Positions 19,066 through 28,061 of a stretch of 64,000 nucleotides of DNA are shown piece after piece (positions within the stretch are counted from its first letter, which is position 1; each line of letters opens with the position of its first letter). The notes under the pieces were generated by a model. That model had not been told where the DNA came from, searched no databases, and worked only from the letters and a program-made list of their open reading frames with translations. The translations under genes and the position numbers were made by a program. Source of the DNA: Oscillospiraceae bacterium (GTDB taxonomy: Bacteria; Bacillota; Clostridia; Oscillospirales; Oscillospiraceae); the NCBI GenBank assembly GCA_017412585.1, contig JAFPXK010000085.1:24953-88952 (forward strand), written 5' to 3'.

Positions 19066-20952
19066 CTATTCACTGAGGCACGGCGCGATGATCGCCAGCT
19101 GAATCCCCGGCCCCTTCAGGGAGAAATTCACGTTCAGGCCCGCCCGGGCAATTTCCAGATACGTCTCCAGCTCCGGCGAGCCGCCCAGCAGCTTCGCCGC
19201 CGCCAGGCTGTCCACCGCGTCCCGGCGGAAGTCCAGGGCGGAGAGGTGAGCGAATACGTTGTTTTCCCGGCTCATGCTGTATTTCATCACCGCGTAGGTG
19301 CCACTTTCCAGGTTCAGGCTGACGCCCAGATTCATCTCGTCCCGGTAGTCGTTGATGATGTGCTTCACGTCCATCATGTCCAAATCCCGCATGCAGGCAG
19401 AGCGGAGGGCTTCATTGCTGTTGCACACGAAAATGGCGAAGGCGTCGCCGTGGCTGCGGGGGATGCGGACCACGCAGTATTGCCCGCCCCGGGCGATCAT
19501 GTCCCCGCGGATGGCGGAGATGGCACAATAGGCGTAGAAGGAAGGCTTTCGACAGCCCCGGGCGGTGAGGGGAGAGGACTGCCCCTGCAGCAGCTCGCTG
19601 CTGTCGGTGTCCCGCAGATAGAGCTCCCCCGGTATCTCCCTGTGGTCCATCATCCGCTGCACGAGGCAGATGGGAAAGGCAATGGAATCGCAGGCGTAGC
19701 GCGGATGCACCTCCCGGTGGTTCTCCCGCCGCTGCTCCACGGCAAAGCCCACCTGGCGCAGCATGATTGCCAGGCGCTCTGCCTGGCTGTCACCCTCCTC
19801 GCCCTCCACGATCACTCTGTGGGGGCGCAGCTTCTCCAGGGCGGAAAACAGCTGCCCGCCCAGGGTGCTGGCGTCTGCCGCCGACACCACCACGTTCAGC
19901 TCCCGCCCGAAAGCGCCCATGGATTTGGCGCCCGGCTCCACCGTCACGTCCAGGGTGATGCTGTTCACCACGCTGCCGTCGCCCTGCTGGGCGCTCTGGC
20001 TGGAGTAGGCCTCCCGCACCACCGCCACGGCTCTGCTACTGGGCAGCGTCTGGAACACGCCGGGCCGCAGGTCGCTTTTGACCTGGCTGAGGTATCGCCT
20101 CCGGTGCTCCTGGGGCTCATAGCCGAACCATTTTTCAAAGTATTTCTTATAGTAGGACGTGGTGGAGAACCCCACCTCATGGGCAATCTGGCTGATTTTC
20201 TTGTTGGAGCCCAGCAGCCGCACCTCCGACATCTCCACCCGCGCAAAGCACAGGAATTCCCGGAAATTCATGCCGGTGAAGTCCTTGATGAGGTGGGAGA
20301 GGTAGAAGGAGCTGAGATATTCCATCTTGCTCAAATCCTGCAAAGTGATGTTGTTGGCGTAATTTTGGTACACATATTGCACGATGCGGCTGATGCGCTC
20401 CGCCGCCAGGGCGTTGCCCCGGTCGAAGCCCACCACCATATCCTTGTCGAAGGCAAAGAGATTGAAATGCTTGTCCAGGTGCTTGATGATATCCACCATC
20501 AGATAGAGGCATTCGCTCTTGTAGTTAAAGTCCTTCAGCTCATATTTCAGCAGCAGCTGCAGCATCAGGTCCCGCAGCCGCTCGTGTTTTTTGTCGTTGG
20601 GGTGCTTGGAATAGGTGCGGTAGCAGGCCTTGCTGAGATTGGGGAAAAACTGACTCAGATCCCGTGTGCTGACGTGGATTTGGGCCACCACGTTGTCCTC
20701 CGACACGGCGTACATGCTGTGTACCTCGTTGCCGGCGTTGGTAAAAATATCGCCGGCCTTGAGGTGATAGGTGCAGTAGCCGCTTTTCAGGTCGATCTCC
20801 CCCTGGAGAACGTAGACAAATTCGATATCCGGATGGTAATGAATGGGGTCTTCCACCAGGTGGGACACGGCGATCCGGATAGGGAAGTCATCGGCATAAA
20901 AAATGCGCTCCAGCAGCACGATGGCACACCTCCCATCATTTATCATATCCAT
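19066..20952 (-). CDS. AraC-family regulator (cupin + HTH) with ~330-aa uncharacterised C-terminal domain
   Basis: Cupin segment HYHPDIEFVYVLQGE. AraC HTH ISQIAHEVGFSTTSYYKKYFEKWFGYEPQEHRR. Start is ambiguous: ATG 20991/20952/20946, or GTG 20919, which follows GGGAGG. Confidence 0.8.
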   Translation of the reverse strand: MDMINDGRCAIVLLERIFYADDFPIRIAVSHLVEDPIHYHPDIEFVYVLQGEIDLKSGYCTYHLKAGDIFTNAGNEVHSMYAVSEDNVVAQIHVSTRDLSQFFPNLSKACYRTYSKHPNDKKHERLRDLMLQLLLKYELKDFNYKSECLYLMVDIIKHLDKHFNLFAFDKDMVVGFDRGNALAAERISRIVQYVYQNYANNITLQDLSKMEYLSSFYLSHLIKDFTGMNFREFLCFARVEMSEVRLLGSNKKISQIAHEVGFSTTSYYKKYFEKWFGYEPQEHRRRYLSQVKSDLRPGVFQTLPSSRAVAVVREAYSSQSAQQGDGSVVNSITLDVTVEPGAKSMGAFGRELNVVVSAADASTLGGQLFSALEKLRPHRVIVEGEEGDSQAERLAIMLRQVGFAVEQRRENHREVHPRYACDSIAFPICLVQRMMDHREIPGELYLRDTDSSELLQGQSSPLTARGCRKPSFYAYCAISAIRGDMIARGGQYCVVRIPRSHGDAFAIFVCNSNEALRSACMRDLDMMDVKHIINDYRDEMNLGVSLNLESGTYAVMKYSMSRENNVFAHLSALDFRRDAVDSLAAAKLLGGSPELETYLEIARAGLNVNFSLKGPGIQLAIIAPCLSE

Positions 20953-21118
20953 ATTATAGCAAAAGAGCAGCTTTGCTTCAATAGACAGCAAGAAAATTTG
21001 TTTTTACAGCAACAATCCTGTTGCCGCAGGTCCCAACGGCATATATACTTAAAATAGAATATGTGAAAATCAATGTTGCAGGGCCGCCCGGTCCGCCCCA
21101 ACAACAGGAGGAATCCCT

Positions 21119-23497
21119 ATGTTAAATGAACGTCTTACCCGTATGCGCAACAAGCTGTTTGACTCCCGCCCCAGCATTACGGCGGAGCGCCTGGTGCTGG
21201 CCACGGAGGCCTATCAGAAGTTCGCCGGCGAGGCGGTGCCCATCTTCCGCGCCAAGGTGGTGCGCTACATCGCCGAGCACATGACCACCCTCATCATGGA
21301 CGATGAGCTGATCGTGGGCACCGCCACCAACAAGTATCGCGGTGCCAACCTGCACCCGGAGTTCCAGTCCAGCACCAAGTTCTATCTGGACGAGCTGGAC
21401 GAGTTCCCCGTCCGCACCAAAGACCCCTACGATATCTCCCCGGAGGACAGGGAGCTGATCCTCAAGTATCTGCCCTATTGGGAGGGCAAGGCCATGCAGG
21501 ATATCGCCAAGCCCGCTCTGCCCACCCACACGGTGGAGTGCATGAACGATGACATCATCACCGTTGGCCTTACCAACGGCGTCTCCGGCGAGACCACCTG
21601 CGACCATGAGAAGGTGCTCACCCTGGGCCTGAAGGGCTACATGGAGGAGTGCCGGGCCAACATCGCCGCCACCATGCCCAAATGTCAGCTTGACGAGGAG
21701 AAGATCAACTTCTGGCAGGCCTGCATCATCCAGTGCGAGGGCCTTATCACCTATGCCCACCGCATGGCCGACGAGGCCCAGCGCCAGGCCGATGCCTGCG
21801 CCGACCCCAAGCGCCGTCGTGAGCTGCTGACCATCGCCGAGAACTGCCGCGTGGTGCCGGAGAATCCGCCCCAGACCTTCCAGCAGGCGCTGCAGCTGGT
21901 GTGGTTCGTCCATGTCTATTTCCACATCGAGGTCTGCACCACCGCCAACGGCTTCGGCCGCTTTGACCAGTATATGTGGCCCTACTATAAGAAGGACGTC
22001 ATCGACGACAAGCGCATCACCCAGGATGAGGCGCTGGAGATGCTGGAGTGCTTCTATCTGAAGGCCTGCGAGGTCTTTGAGGTGCGTGACCGCTGGTACG
22101 CCACCTCCTTTGCCGGCTATCCCATGTGGGAGATTCTGGTGGTAGGCGGCCAGACCCCCGATGGCAAGGACGCCACCAATGACCTGAGCTACCTGTGCCT
22201 GGAGGCCGCCAACCAGCTCAAGACCACCCAGCCCGTCATGGCCGTCCGCGTGTGGGATGGCACCCCCGAGGCGCTGATCCGCAAGGGCTGCGAGATGATC
22301 CAGGACGGCCAGGCCAACCCCGGCTTCTTCAATGACAACGTAGCCATGCAGATGGCCCTGGGCAAGGGCTGCTCCATGGAGGAGGCCCGTGACTGGACCA
22401 TCGTGGGCTGCATCCAGCCCGGCCCCGGCGGCGGCAGCACCGACGGCTCCCCCGACGCCGGCTACGTCAACATGGGCAAGATGATCGAGTTCGTGCTGCA
22501 TAACGGCGTGGACCCCGACACCGGCAAGCTGATGGGCCTCCAGACCGGCGACCCCAGAGAGTTCAAGAACGTGGAGGACCTGAAGAATGCCCTGAAAAAG
22601 CAGATTCTCCATCATTACCGCATGATCTGCGACGGCTACAACGTAATGCAGAGCATGCACATGACCCGCTACCCGGTGATTTTCGCCAGCATGGTCACCA
22701 AGGGCTGCGTGGAGAGCGGCCGCAGCGTTCAGCACGGCGGCGCCAAGTTCTCCACCGCCGGTCTCTATATCACCGGCGCGGCCAACCTGGCCGATTCCAT
22801 CGCCGCCATCGACACCTGCGTGTTCCGCGATCACGACTTCACCATGGATGAGCTCATCGCCGCCCTGGACAAGAACTTTGAGGGCGAGGAGCGCATGCGC
22901 CAGCTGCTGCTGAACAAGGCCCCCAAGTTCGGCAACGACAACGAGTACGTGGACGGCATCTACCGTGAGATGATGCATTTCATCGCCGAGAACGTGCAGG
23001 AATGGCCCGACGCCCGTGGCGGACGGTATTCCTTCAATGTCCATTCCCAGACTGTCAACGTGTCCCACGGCATGGTCTGCGGAGCCACCCCCGACGGCCG
23101 CCTGGCCGGCGAGCCCTTCTGCGACAACGCCTCGCCCATGATGGGCCGTGACGTGAAGGGCCCCACCGCCACGGTGAAGTCCGTGGCCGCCATGGGCCAG
23201 ACCGCCTTCCACGACGGCGCCCTGTTCAACCTCCGCTTCGACCCCAAGGGCGTGGAGGGCGAGAAGGGCCTGCAGAGCATCGAGGGCGTCATCAAGACCT
23301 ACTTCAAGCACGGCGGCGAGCATATCCAGATCAACGTGGTGGACAACAAGACCCTGAAGGACGCCCAGATTCACCCCGAGAAGTACCGGGGCCTCATGGT
23401 CCGCGTGGCGGGCTACATGGCCTACTTCACCGAGCTGGATAAGAGCGCCCAGGACACCATCATCTACCGCACGCCCCACTACGCCCGCCCGGAATAA
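21119..23497 (+). CDS. glycyl radical enzyme (PFL-like fold), unknown specificity
   Basis: 792 aa. C-terminal glycyl-radical motif MVRVAGYMAYF (G765). Putative thiyl loop DWTIVG-C431-I-Q433-PG. RBS AGGAGGAA. Confidence 0.9.
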   Translation: MLNERLTRMRNKLFDSRPSITAERLVLATEAYQKFAGEAVPIFRAKVVRYIAEHMTTLIMDDELIVGTATNKYRGANLHPEFQSSTKFYLDELDEFPVRTKDPYDISPEDRELILKYLPYWEGKAMQDIAKPALPTHTVECMNDDIITVGLTNGVSGETTCDHEKVLTLGLKGYMEECRANIAATMPKCQLDEEKINFWQACIIQCEGLITYAHRMADEAQRQADACADPKRRRELLTIAENCRVVPENPPQTFQQALQLVWFVHVYFHIEVCTTANGFGRFDQYMWPYYKKDVIDDKRITQDEALEMLECFYLKACEVFEVRDRWYATSFAGYPMWEILVVGGQTPDGKDATNDLSYLCLEAANQLKTTQPVMAVRVWDGTPEALIRKGCEMIQDGQANPGFFNDNVAMQMALGKGCSMEEARDWTIVGCIQPGPGGGSTDGSPDAGYVNMGKMIEFVLHNGVDPDTGKLMGLQTGDPREFKNVEDLKNALKKQILHHYRMICDGYNVMQSMHMTRYPVIFASMVTKGCVESGRSVQHGGAKFSTAGLYITGAANLADSIAAIDTCVFRDHDFTMDELIAALDKNFEGEERMRQLLLNKAPKFGNDNEYVDGIYREMMHFIAENVQEWPDARGGRYSFNVHSQTVNVSHGMVCGATPDGRLAGEPFCDNASPMMGRDVKGPTATVKSVAAMGQTAFHDGALFNLRFDPKGVEGEKGLQSIEGVIKTYFKHGGEHIQINVVDNKTLKDAQIHPEKYRGLMVRVAGYMAYFTELDKSAQDTIIYRTPHYARPE

Positions 23498-23507
23498 GGA
23501 GCGCTCC

Positions 23508-24431
23508 ATGAAAGCACTGGTCGGCAACATTCAAAAATTCTCCACGGAGGACGGCCCCGGTATACGCACCACCGTGTTCCTCAAAGGCTGCCCGCTGCGG
23601 TGCCGCTGGTGCCATAACCCGGAGCTTATCAGCTACGAGCAGCAGCTCATTCAGATGCCCAATAGCTGCATCCACTGCGGCTATTGCCTGACCCATTGCC
23701 CCCAAAACGCTATTTCGGTGGGGGAGGACGCCAAAATCCATATCGACCGGGAGAAGTGTGACAGATGCTTTGCCTGCACCGCCTTCTGCTATGCCGAGAG
23801 CCTGCGGAAGGTGGCCCGGGAGATGACCCCCCAGGAGGTTATGGCCGAGGTGGTCCAGGACAAGGATTTTTACGACAGCACCGGCGGCGGCATGACCGTC
23901 AGCGGCGGCGAGATGCTCTCCCACCCCGATTTCACTGCCGCGCTGGTAGACCTGGCGGCCCAGGAGGGCATCTGCGTCTGCCTGGACACCTCCGGCTACG
24001 GCGACGGCGACACGCTGTACCGCCTGGTAAAGCGCGAGAACGTGACTCACGTGCTGTATGACATGAAGTCCATCGACGACGCCGTGCATCAGGCCTATAC
24101 GGGGCGGAGCAACAAGGTGATTTTGGATAATCTCCGCCGTCTGGCCGCCGACCCGGTCACCCGGGAGAAGATTCAGATGCGCATGCCGCTGACCCATGAC
24201 GTCAACGATACCCCCGCCATCATCGAGGCCACGGCCGATCTATACCGTCAGCTGGGCCTCAAGCGCGTGACGCTGCTGCCCTATCACGACCTGGGCAAGG
24301 CCAAGCTGCGGAACATCGGCGGTACGCCGGAGAGCTTCACGCCGCCCTCCGATGAGCGGGTGGAGGAGATTCGCGCCTGTTTCCGCACCGCGGCGGACAT
24401 GGACGTGGAGATTTTAGGCAAGCTGGACTGA
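23508..24431 (+). CDS. glycyl-radical enzyme activating protein (radical SAM)
   Basis: C28PLRC32RWC35 (CX3CX2C) plus two ferredoxin-type motifs, CIHCGYCLTHCP and CDRCFACTAFC. Starts 10 nt after the GRE. Confidence 0.9.
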   Translation: MKALVGNIQKFSTEDGPGIRTTVFLKGCPLRCRWCHNPELISYEQQLIQMPNSCIHCGYCLTHCPQNAISVGEDAKIHIDREKCDRCFACTAFCYAESLRKVAREMTPQEVMAEVVQDKDFYDSTGGGMTVSGGEMLSHPDFTAALVDLAAQEGICVCLDTSGYGDGDTLYRLVKRENVTHVLYDMKSIDDAVHQAYTGRSNKVILDNLRRLAADPVTREKIQMRMPLTHDVNDTPAIIEATADLYRQLGLKRVTLLPYHDLGKAKLRNIGGTPESFTPPSDERVEEIRACFRTAADMDVEILGKLD

Positions 24432-24486
24432 CACCCCTGTGCCCTGCGGGGCCACATATCATCCAATAACGGAAAGGAGAACGAGT

Positions 24487-25254
24487 ATGGATTTCACAGG
24501 TAAGGTAGCCATTGTTACCGGCGCCGGCGGCGATATGGGCCGGGCCATCGTTAAGAAGTTTACCGACAACGGCGCCAAGGCGGTGCTTATGGACATCCGC
24601 GAGGAGGCGGCCCGGAGATCGGTAGCGCTCCTGGGGCTGGATGAGGAGCATGGCTTCGTGGTCACCGTGGACGTGGCCAGTGAGGACAGCGTCAAGGCCG
24701 CCGTGCAGAAGGTGATGGACAAGTACGGCCGTATCGACTGCCTGGTGAATCTGGCGGGCATCGAGGGCCCCAACAACAGCCGCACGGAGGAATACGATTT
24801 CAAAATGGCCAAGAAGGTGTTTGAGATCAACGTCTACGGCACCTTCCTGATGATGCAGAATGTGCTGCCCGTCATGCAGGCTCAGAAGAGCGGCGCCATC
24901 GTCAACTTCGGCTCCGTGTCCGGCATGTTCGGCTATGCCGGCGAGATCGCCTACGGCGCCTCCAAGGCCGCCGTCATCCACATGACTAAGAACGCCGCCA
25001 ACGAGAACGGCGGCAACGGCGTCCGCGTCAACGCCATTTCTCCCGGCTGGGTGAACACGGAGATGTTCCGCCGCATCCTGGAGCAGTATAAGGAGACCTT
25101 TGAGAACCCCCTGGATAACGTGACCCTGGGCCCCATGAACCGTCCCGGCGAGCCCATGGAAATGGCCAACGTGGTGGTGTTCCTTTGCTCCGACGAGGCG
25201 TCCTATGTCAACGGCTCCAACTTCCTGGTGGACGGCGGCATGACGCTGGGTTAA
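24487..25254 (+). CDS. SDR-family oxidoreductase
   Basis: Trimmed to ATG 24487 (RBS AAAGGAGAA). TGAGGDMG cofactor motif and YGASKAA (YxxxK). Confidence 0.85.
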   Translation: MDFTGKVAIVTGAGGDMGRAIVKKFTDNGAKAVLMDIREEAARRSVALLGLDEEHGFVVTVDVASEDSVKAAVQKVMDKYGRIDCLVNLAGIEGPNNSRTEEYDFKMAKKVFEINVYGTFLMMQNVLPVMQAQKSGAIVNFGSVSGMFGYAGEIAYGASKAAVIHMTKNAANENGGNGVRVNAISPGWVNTEMFRRILEQYKETFENPLDNVTLGPMNRPGEPMEMANVVVFLCSDEASYVNGSNFLVDGGMTLG

Positions 25255-25289
25255 TTTTGGTGTGACTTACCCTCTCACATATATTTGGT

Positions 25290-25328
25290 GCAGCCCGGCT
25301 CCGACCGTAGAGGTCGGAGCCGGGCTGC
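25290..25328 (+). terminator. strong hairpin after the SDR gene
   Basis: 17-bp stem gcagcccggctccgacc / ggtcggagccgggctgc. Confidence 0.6.
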
Positions 25329-25466
25329 GCTTGCGGAACTGTTTTCCTGTGAAATACAGCAATCCGATGTGGATTTCTCCACCACACAATCATGGATTTG
25401 ACCTGAATGCTGTGGTATTGTAAAAATGTAAAAGACGGCGAAATACCACGTTTTGGAGGGATGAAC

Positions 25467-25916
25467 ATGGCAGAAAAAATGACAGAGCAGCGCGCCAATG
25501 AAATGATGGCCGTAGGCTACCATTGCTCCCAGGTGGTTATGTGCCACGTGGCGGAGTGCCTGGGACAGGACGTGAATGCCGCCTTGCGGCTCACCGCCGG
25601 TTTGGGCGCCGGCTGCAACCATGGTGACACCTGCGGCGTGCTGTCCGCGGGCTCTCTGGCCCTGGGGCTTCTGTATGGCTACGATAAGCCCAACGCCACC
25701 GAGGAGAATGCCAGGCTGATTGCGCTGGTGCGGGAGTTCCACAGCCGCTTTGAGGCTATTCACGGCGCCACCCTTTGCCGCCAGCTCCTGAAGGGCTACG
25801 ACGCCGCCGACCCCAACCGGGTCAGCACCCCTCATACCTGGGACAACTGCGGCAAATACTGCGCCGACGCCTGCGCCATCCTGGACGACATGATCGGCGA
25901 CCGTTACGTGGCGTAG
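25467..25916 (+). CDS. C_GCAxxG_C_C family putative redox protein
   Basis: GYHCSQ..., GDTCGVLSAG core and C-terminal CGKYCADAC. ATG 25467 lies 7-8 nt after GGAGGG. Confidence 0.7.
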   Translation: MAEKMTEQRANEMMAVGYHCSQVVMCHVAECLGQDVNAALRLTAGLGAGCNHGDTCGVLSAGSLALGLLYGYDKPNATEENARLIALVREFHSRFEAIHGATLCRQLLKGYDAADPNRVSTPHTWDNCGKYCADACAILDDMIGDRYVA

Positions 25917-25941
25917 CCCCACCCGTTTTCGCAATACACAA

Positions 25942-25976
25942 GCGCCGCCCCCGGACGATATGCCCGGGAGCGGCGC
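25942..25976. terminator. hairpin between convergent genes
   Basis: gcgccgcccccgg / cccgggagcggcgc stem with one mismatch. Confidence 0.5.
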
Positions 25977-25992
25977 CTGTCTGCATAATGGG

Positions 25993-27168
25993 TTATTTTG
26001 CGCTGCAGGTGGTGTCGTCAAACTCCTTGCGGATTGCCGCCAGGAAGGCGGGATCGGTGAGCACGTCCTCCGCCGTGGCCACAAAGGCCTTGGCCACGAT
26101 GAAGAGCTGGTCATAGCCGTAGTCGGAGTCGGCGCCGGCCAGCAGCTCCGGGGTGTGGGTGCCGATGCCCGTGTTGCCGCCGATCACGTCGAACCACTGG
26201 TGGATGGTGGGGCAGCGGTAACTGACGTTGCCGATATCGGAGGAGCCGGTGGAGGAGTATTTCTCCATGTCCTGGGTGACGCCAAATGCCTTGGTGTGCT
26301 CCACCGCCCGGCGGGAAAGGGTTTCATTGGTGTGCAGGTCGTCGTACCAGCCCTCGAAGTTGGTGACCTTCAGCTCCGTGCCGGTAGCCAATGCGGCGGC
26401 CTTGGCGCAGTTGATCACCTTTTCGCTGAAGCCCCGCAGATAAGTGGAGTCGGGATGGCGGATATAGAACTCCGCCATGGCATAGTCGGGCACGATGTTG
26501 GCAGCCTTGCCGCCGTCCCGGATGACGCCCGCCACCCGTGCGTCAGGCTCCACGTGGCCCCTGAGGGCATTGATGTTGTTGAACGTCTCGATGACGCCGT
26601 TCAGTGCGTTGACGCCCTTCCAGGGGGCGCCGCCGGCGTGGGCGCTCTTGCCGAAGAACTCAAAGCGCTGGGAGTCCAGGGCGTTGAAGCCGCCGCTGGC
26701 GCCGTGCCGCCCGAAGGGGTGGGCCATCATGGCCACTGCCAGGTCGTCGTACCGTCCGGCAGCCGCCAGATTCACCTTGCCGCCCAGGGTCTCCTCGGCG
26801 GGCGCGCCGATGACCCGCACCTCGCCGCCGTATTCGTCGATGGCCTCCCGCAGGGCAATGCCGCAGCAAACCGCCAGCGCGCCGATCATATTGTGTCCGC
26901 AGGCATGCCCCATGCCCTTCAGCGCATCGTATTCCGCCAGAAATCCGATTACCGGTCCGGGCTTACTGCCCTTGTAGGTGGCGATGTATGCCGTCTCCAG
27001 GTCACACACGTTGCGCTCAATGGTGAAGCCGTATTTCTCCAGCAGCGCCGTCATGTTGGCCACCGCGTGGAATTCCTGCATGCCCAGCTCCGGATCCTCG
27101 TGCATCTGATGGGCCAGAGCCCGGATTTCCGGACGCAGCGCCTCTACCCGTTCGTGGATACTCTTCAT
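25993..27168 (-). CDS. M20-family amidohydrolase (M20D-like)
   Basis: 391 aa with FLAEYDALKGMGHACGHN and GAPAEETLGGKV. Paralogue of 14836..16008. Confidence 0.8.
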   Translation of the reverse strand: MKSIHERVEALRPEIRALAHQMHEDPELGMQEFHAVANMTALLEKYGFTIERNVCDLETAYIATYKGSKPGPVIGFLAEYDALKGMGHACGHNMIGALAVCCGIALREAIDEYGGEVRVIGAPAEETLGGKVNLAAAGRYDDLAVAMMAHPFGRHGASGGFNALDSQRFEFFGKSAHAGGAPWKGVNALNGVIETFNNINALRGHVEPDARVAGVIRDGGKAANIVPDYAMAEFYIRHPDSTYLRGFSEKVINCAKAAALATGTELKVTNFEGWYDDLHTNETLSRRAVEHTKAFGVTQDMEKYSSTGSSDIGNVSYRCPTIHQWFDVIGGNTGIGTHTPELLAGADSDYGYDQLFIVAKAFVATAEDVLTDPAFLAAIRKEFDDTTCSAK

Positions 27169-27188
27169 GGGATCATTCCTTTCTGATA

Positions 27189-27947
27189 TTATGATTTGAT
27201 TTTGCTCTCAATCAACGCCACAAGCTCCTTGGCCGCGCCAAGCTGGTCCGGCATAAAGGCGTAGGTTCGCCGGATGCGCTTGTTGTCACCGCGGATGGAG
27301 ATCACAGGAAACTTGCGGTTTTCCGTTTCGCTTCCGCCGGGCGCGGTGGGACAGGAGAGGGAGATCTCGTCGATGGATACCTGGCCGATGTGGTCATAGT
27401 GCCAGGACATGTTCTCCTGGGTCTCGGCAGGGGAGAGAAGGGAGCGCACCACACTGAAGGCCTCAATGCTTTCCGGCCCCAGCACGAAATAGCTCATCTG
27501 CAAATGGGAGGAGCGGCCTACCTTGTCAGCGCCGTCGGCGCGGTAAAGAGGGGCATTTTTGTCAATAGAGAGAGTGGAATAGCCGCGCAGCAGCACCTTG
27601 TCGCTGCACTCAAAGTCGTCTATGTCCATGTCGGAGGCGTTGAGCGCTCTGCTCTCAAAATGAGTCTCCCGCTGCAGCGCCAGGCAGCGCCGGTCTACCT
27701 CGTCGCCGCTGACCTTGGCCATGCGGGTGTAGAAAAACTGCCACACGGCGATGCCCAGCAGCATGGCGGCAACGGCGTAGTAGAATCCTCCGTGTCCCGC
27801 CTGCACGTTGTAGTAAGCAAAGGCGGCGGCTGCTGCCGCGCCCAGGAGCAGGATGGGAATGGTGCCGCGGCGGTATTTGCGCTGAAAATAGAGATCGGTG
27901 CGTTCGGACTGGTATAGCTTCGGGTTGGTTTTTTTCTCGTTTGCCAT
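27189..27947 (-). CDS. hypothetical membrane protein (2 TM + soluble domain)
   Basis: Two TM segments (IPILLLGAAAAAAFAYY, YAVAAMLLGIAVWQFFY) followed by a ~170-aa soluble domain. No family recognised. Confidence 0.6.
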   Translation of the reverse strand: MANEKKTNPKLYQSERTDLYFQRKYRRGTIPILLLGAAAAAAFAYYNVQAGHGGFYYAVAAMLLGIAVWQFFYTRMAKVSGDEVDRRCLALQRETHFESRALNASDMDIDDFECSDKVLLRGYSTLSIDKNAPLYRADGADKVGRSSHLQMSYFVLGPESIEAFSVVRSLLSPAETQENMSWHYDHIGQVSIDEISLSCPTAPGGSETENRKFPVISIRGDNKRIRRTYAFMPDQLGAAKELVALIESKIKS

Positions 27948-27985
27948 GGGCTTGCACGTCCTTTTTTAGAAATGTGGAACGGAAA

Positions 27986-28013
27986 AGAGGGCCGCGCAGG
28001 AGCGCGGCCCTCT
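27986..28013 (-). terminator. hairpin after yfcC-like gene
   Basis: 12-bp stem agagggccgcgc / gcgcggccctct with a short T-run on the minus strand. Confidence 0.5.
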
Positions 28014-28061
28014 CATCAGTGTTAATCCTGCGGTAGAACGATGTTGTGTTTTCCGATGGTC

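Noticed and set aside
18937-21057. 706-aa plus-strand ORF starting MKKVTRMSSLFSDFMGSRLRARNLRCFF
   Set aside because: It starts inside the non-coding four-hairpin repeat; the same peptide appears in ORF 36821..37066 only because of the repeat. The rest is antisense to the AraC gene.
21119-23497. Assigning the GRE as isethionate sulfite-lyase (downstream of a sulfo-TK-like cluster), choline lyase or PFL
   Set aside because: The Cys-x-Glu of IslA/CutC-type enzymes and the Cys-Cys of PFL are both absent. No sulfite reductase, microcompartment or formate-related genes are nearby, and the two loci are 26 kb apart.
21122-23530. 802-aa minus-strand ORF
   Set aside because: It is antisense to the glycyl-radical enzyme and has the same shadow-ORF character.
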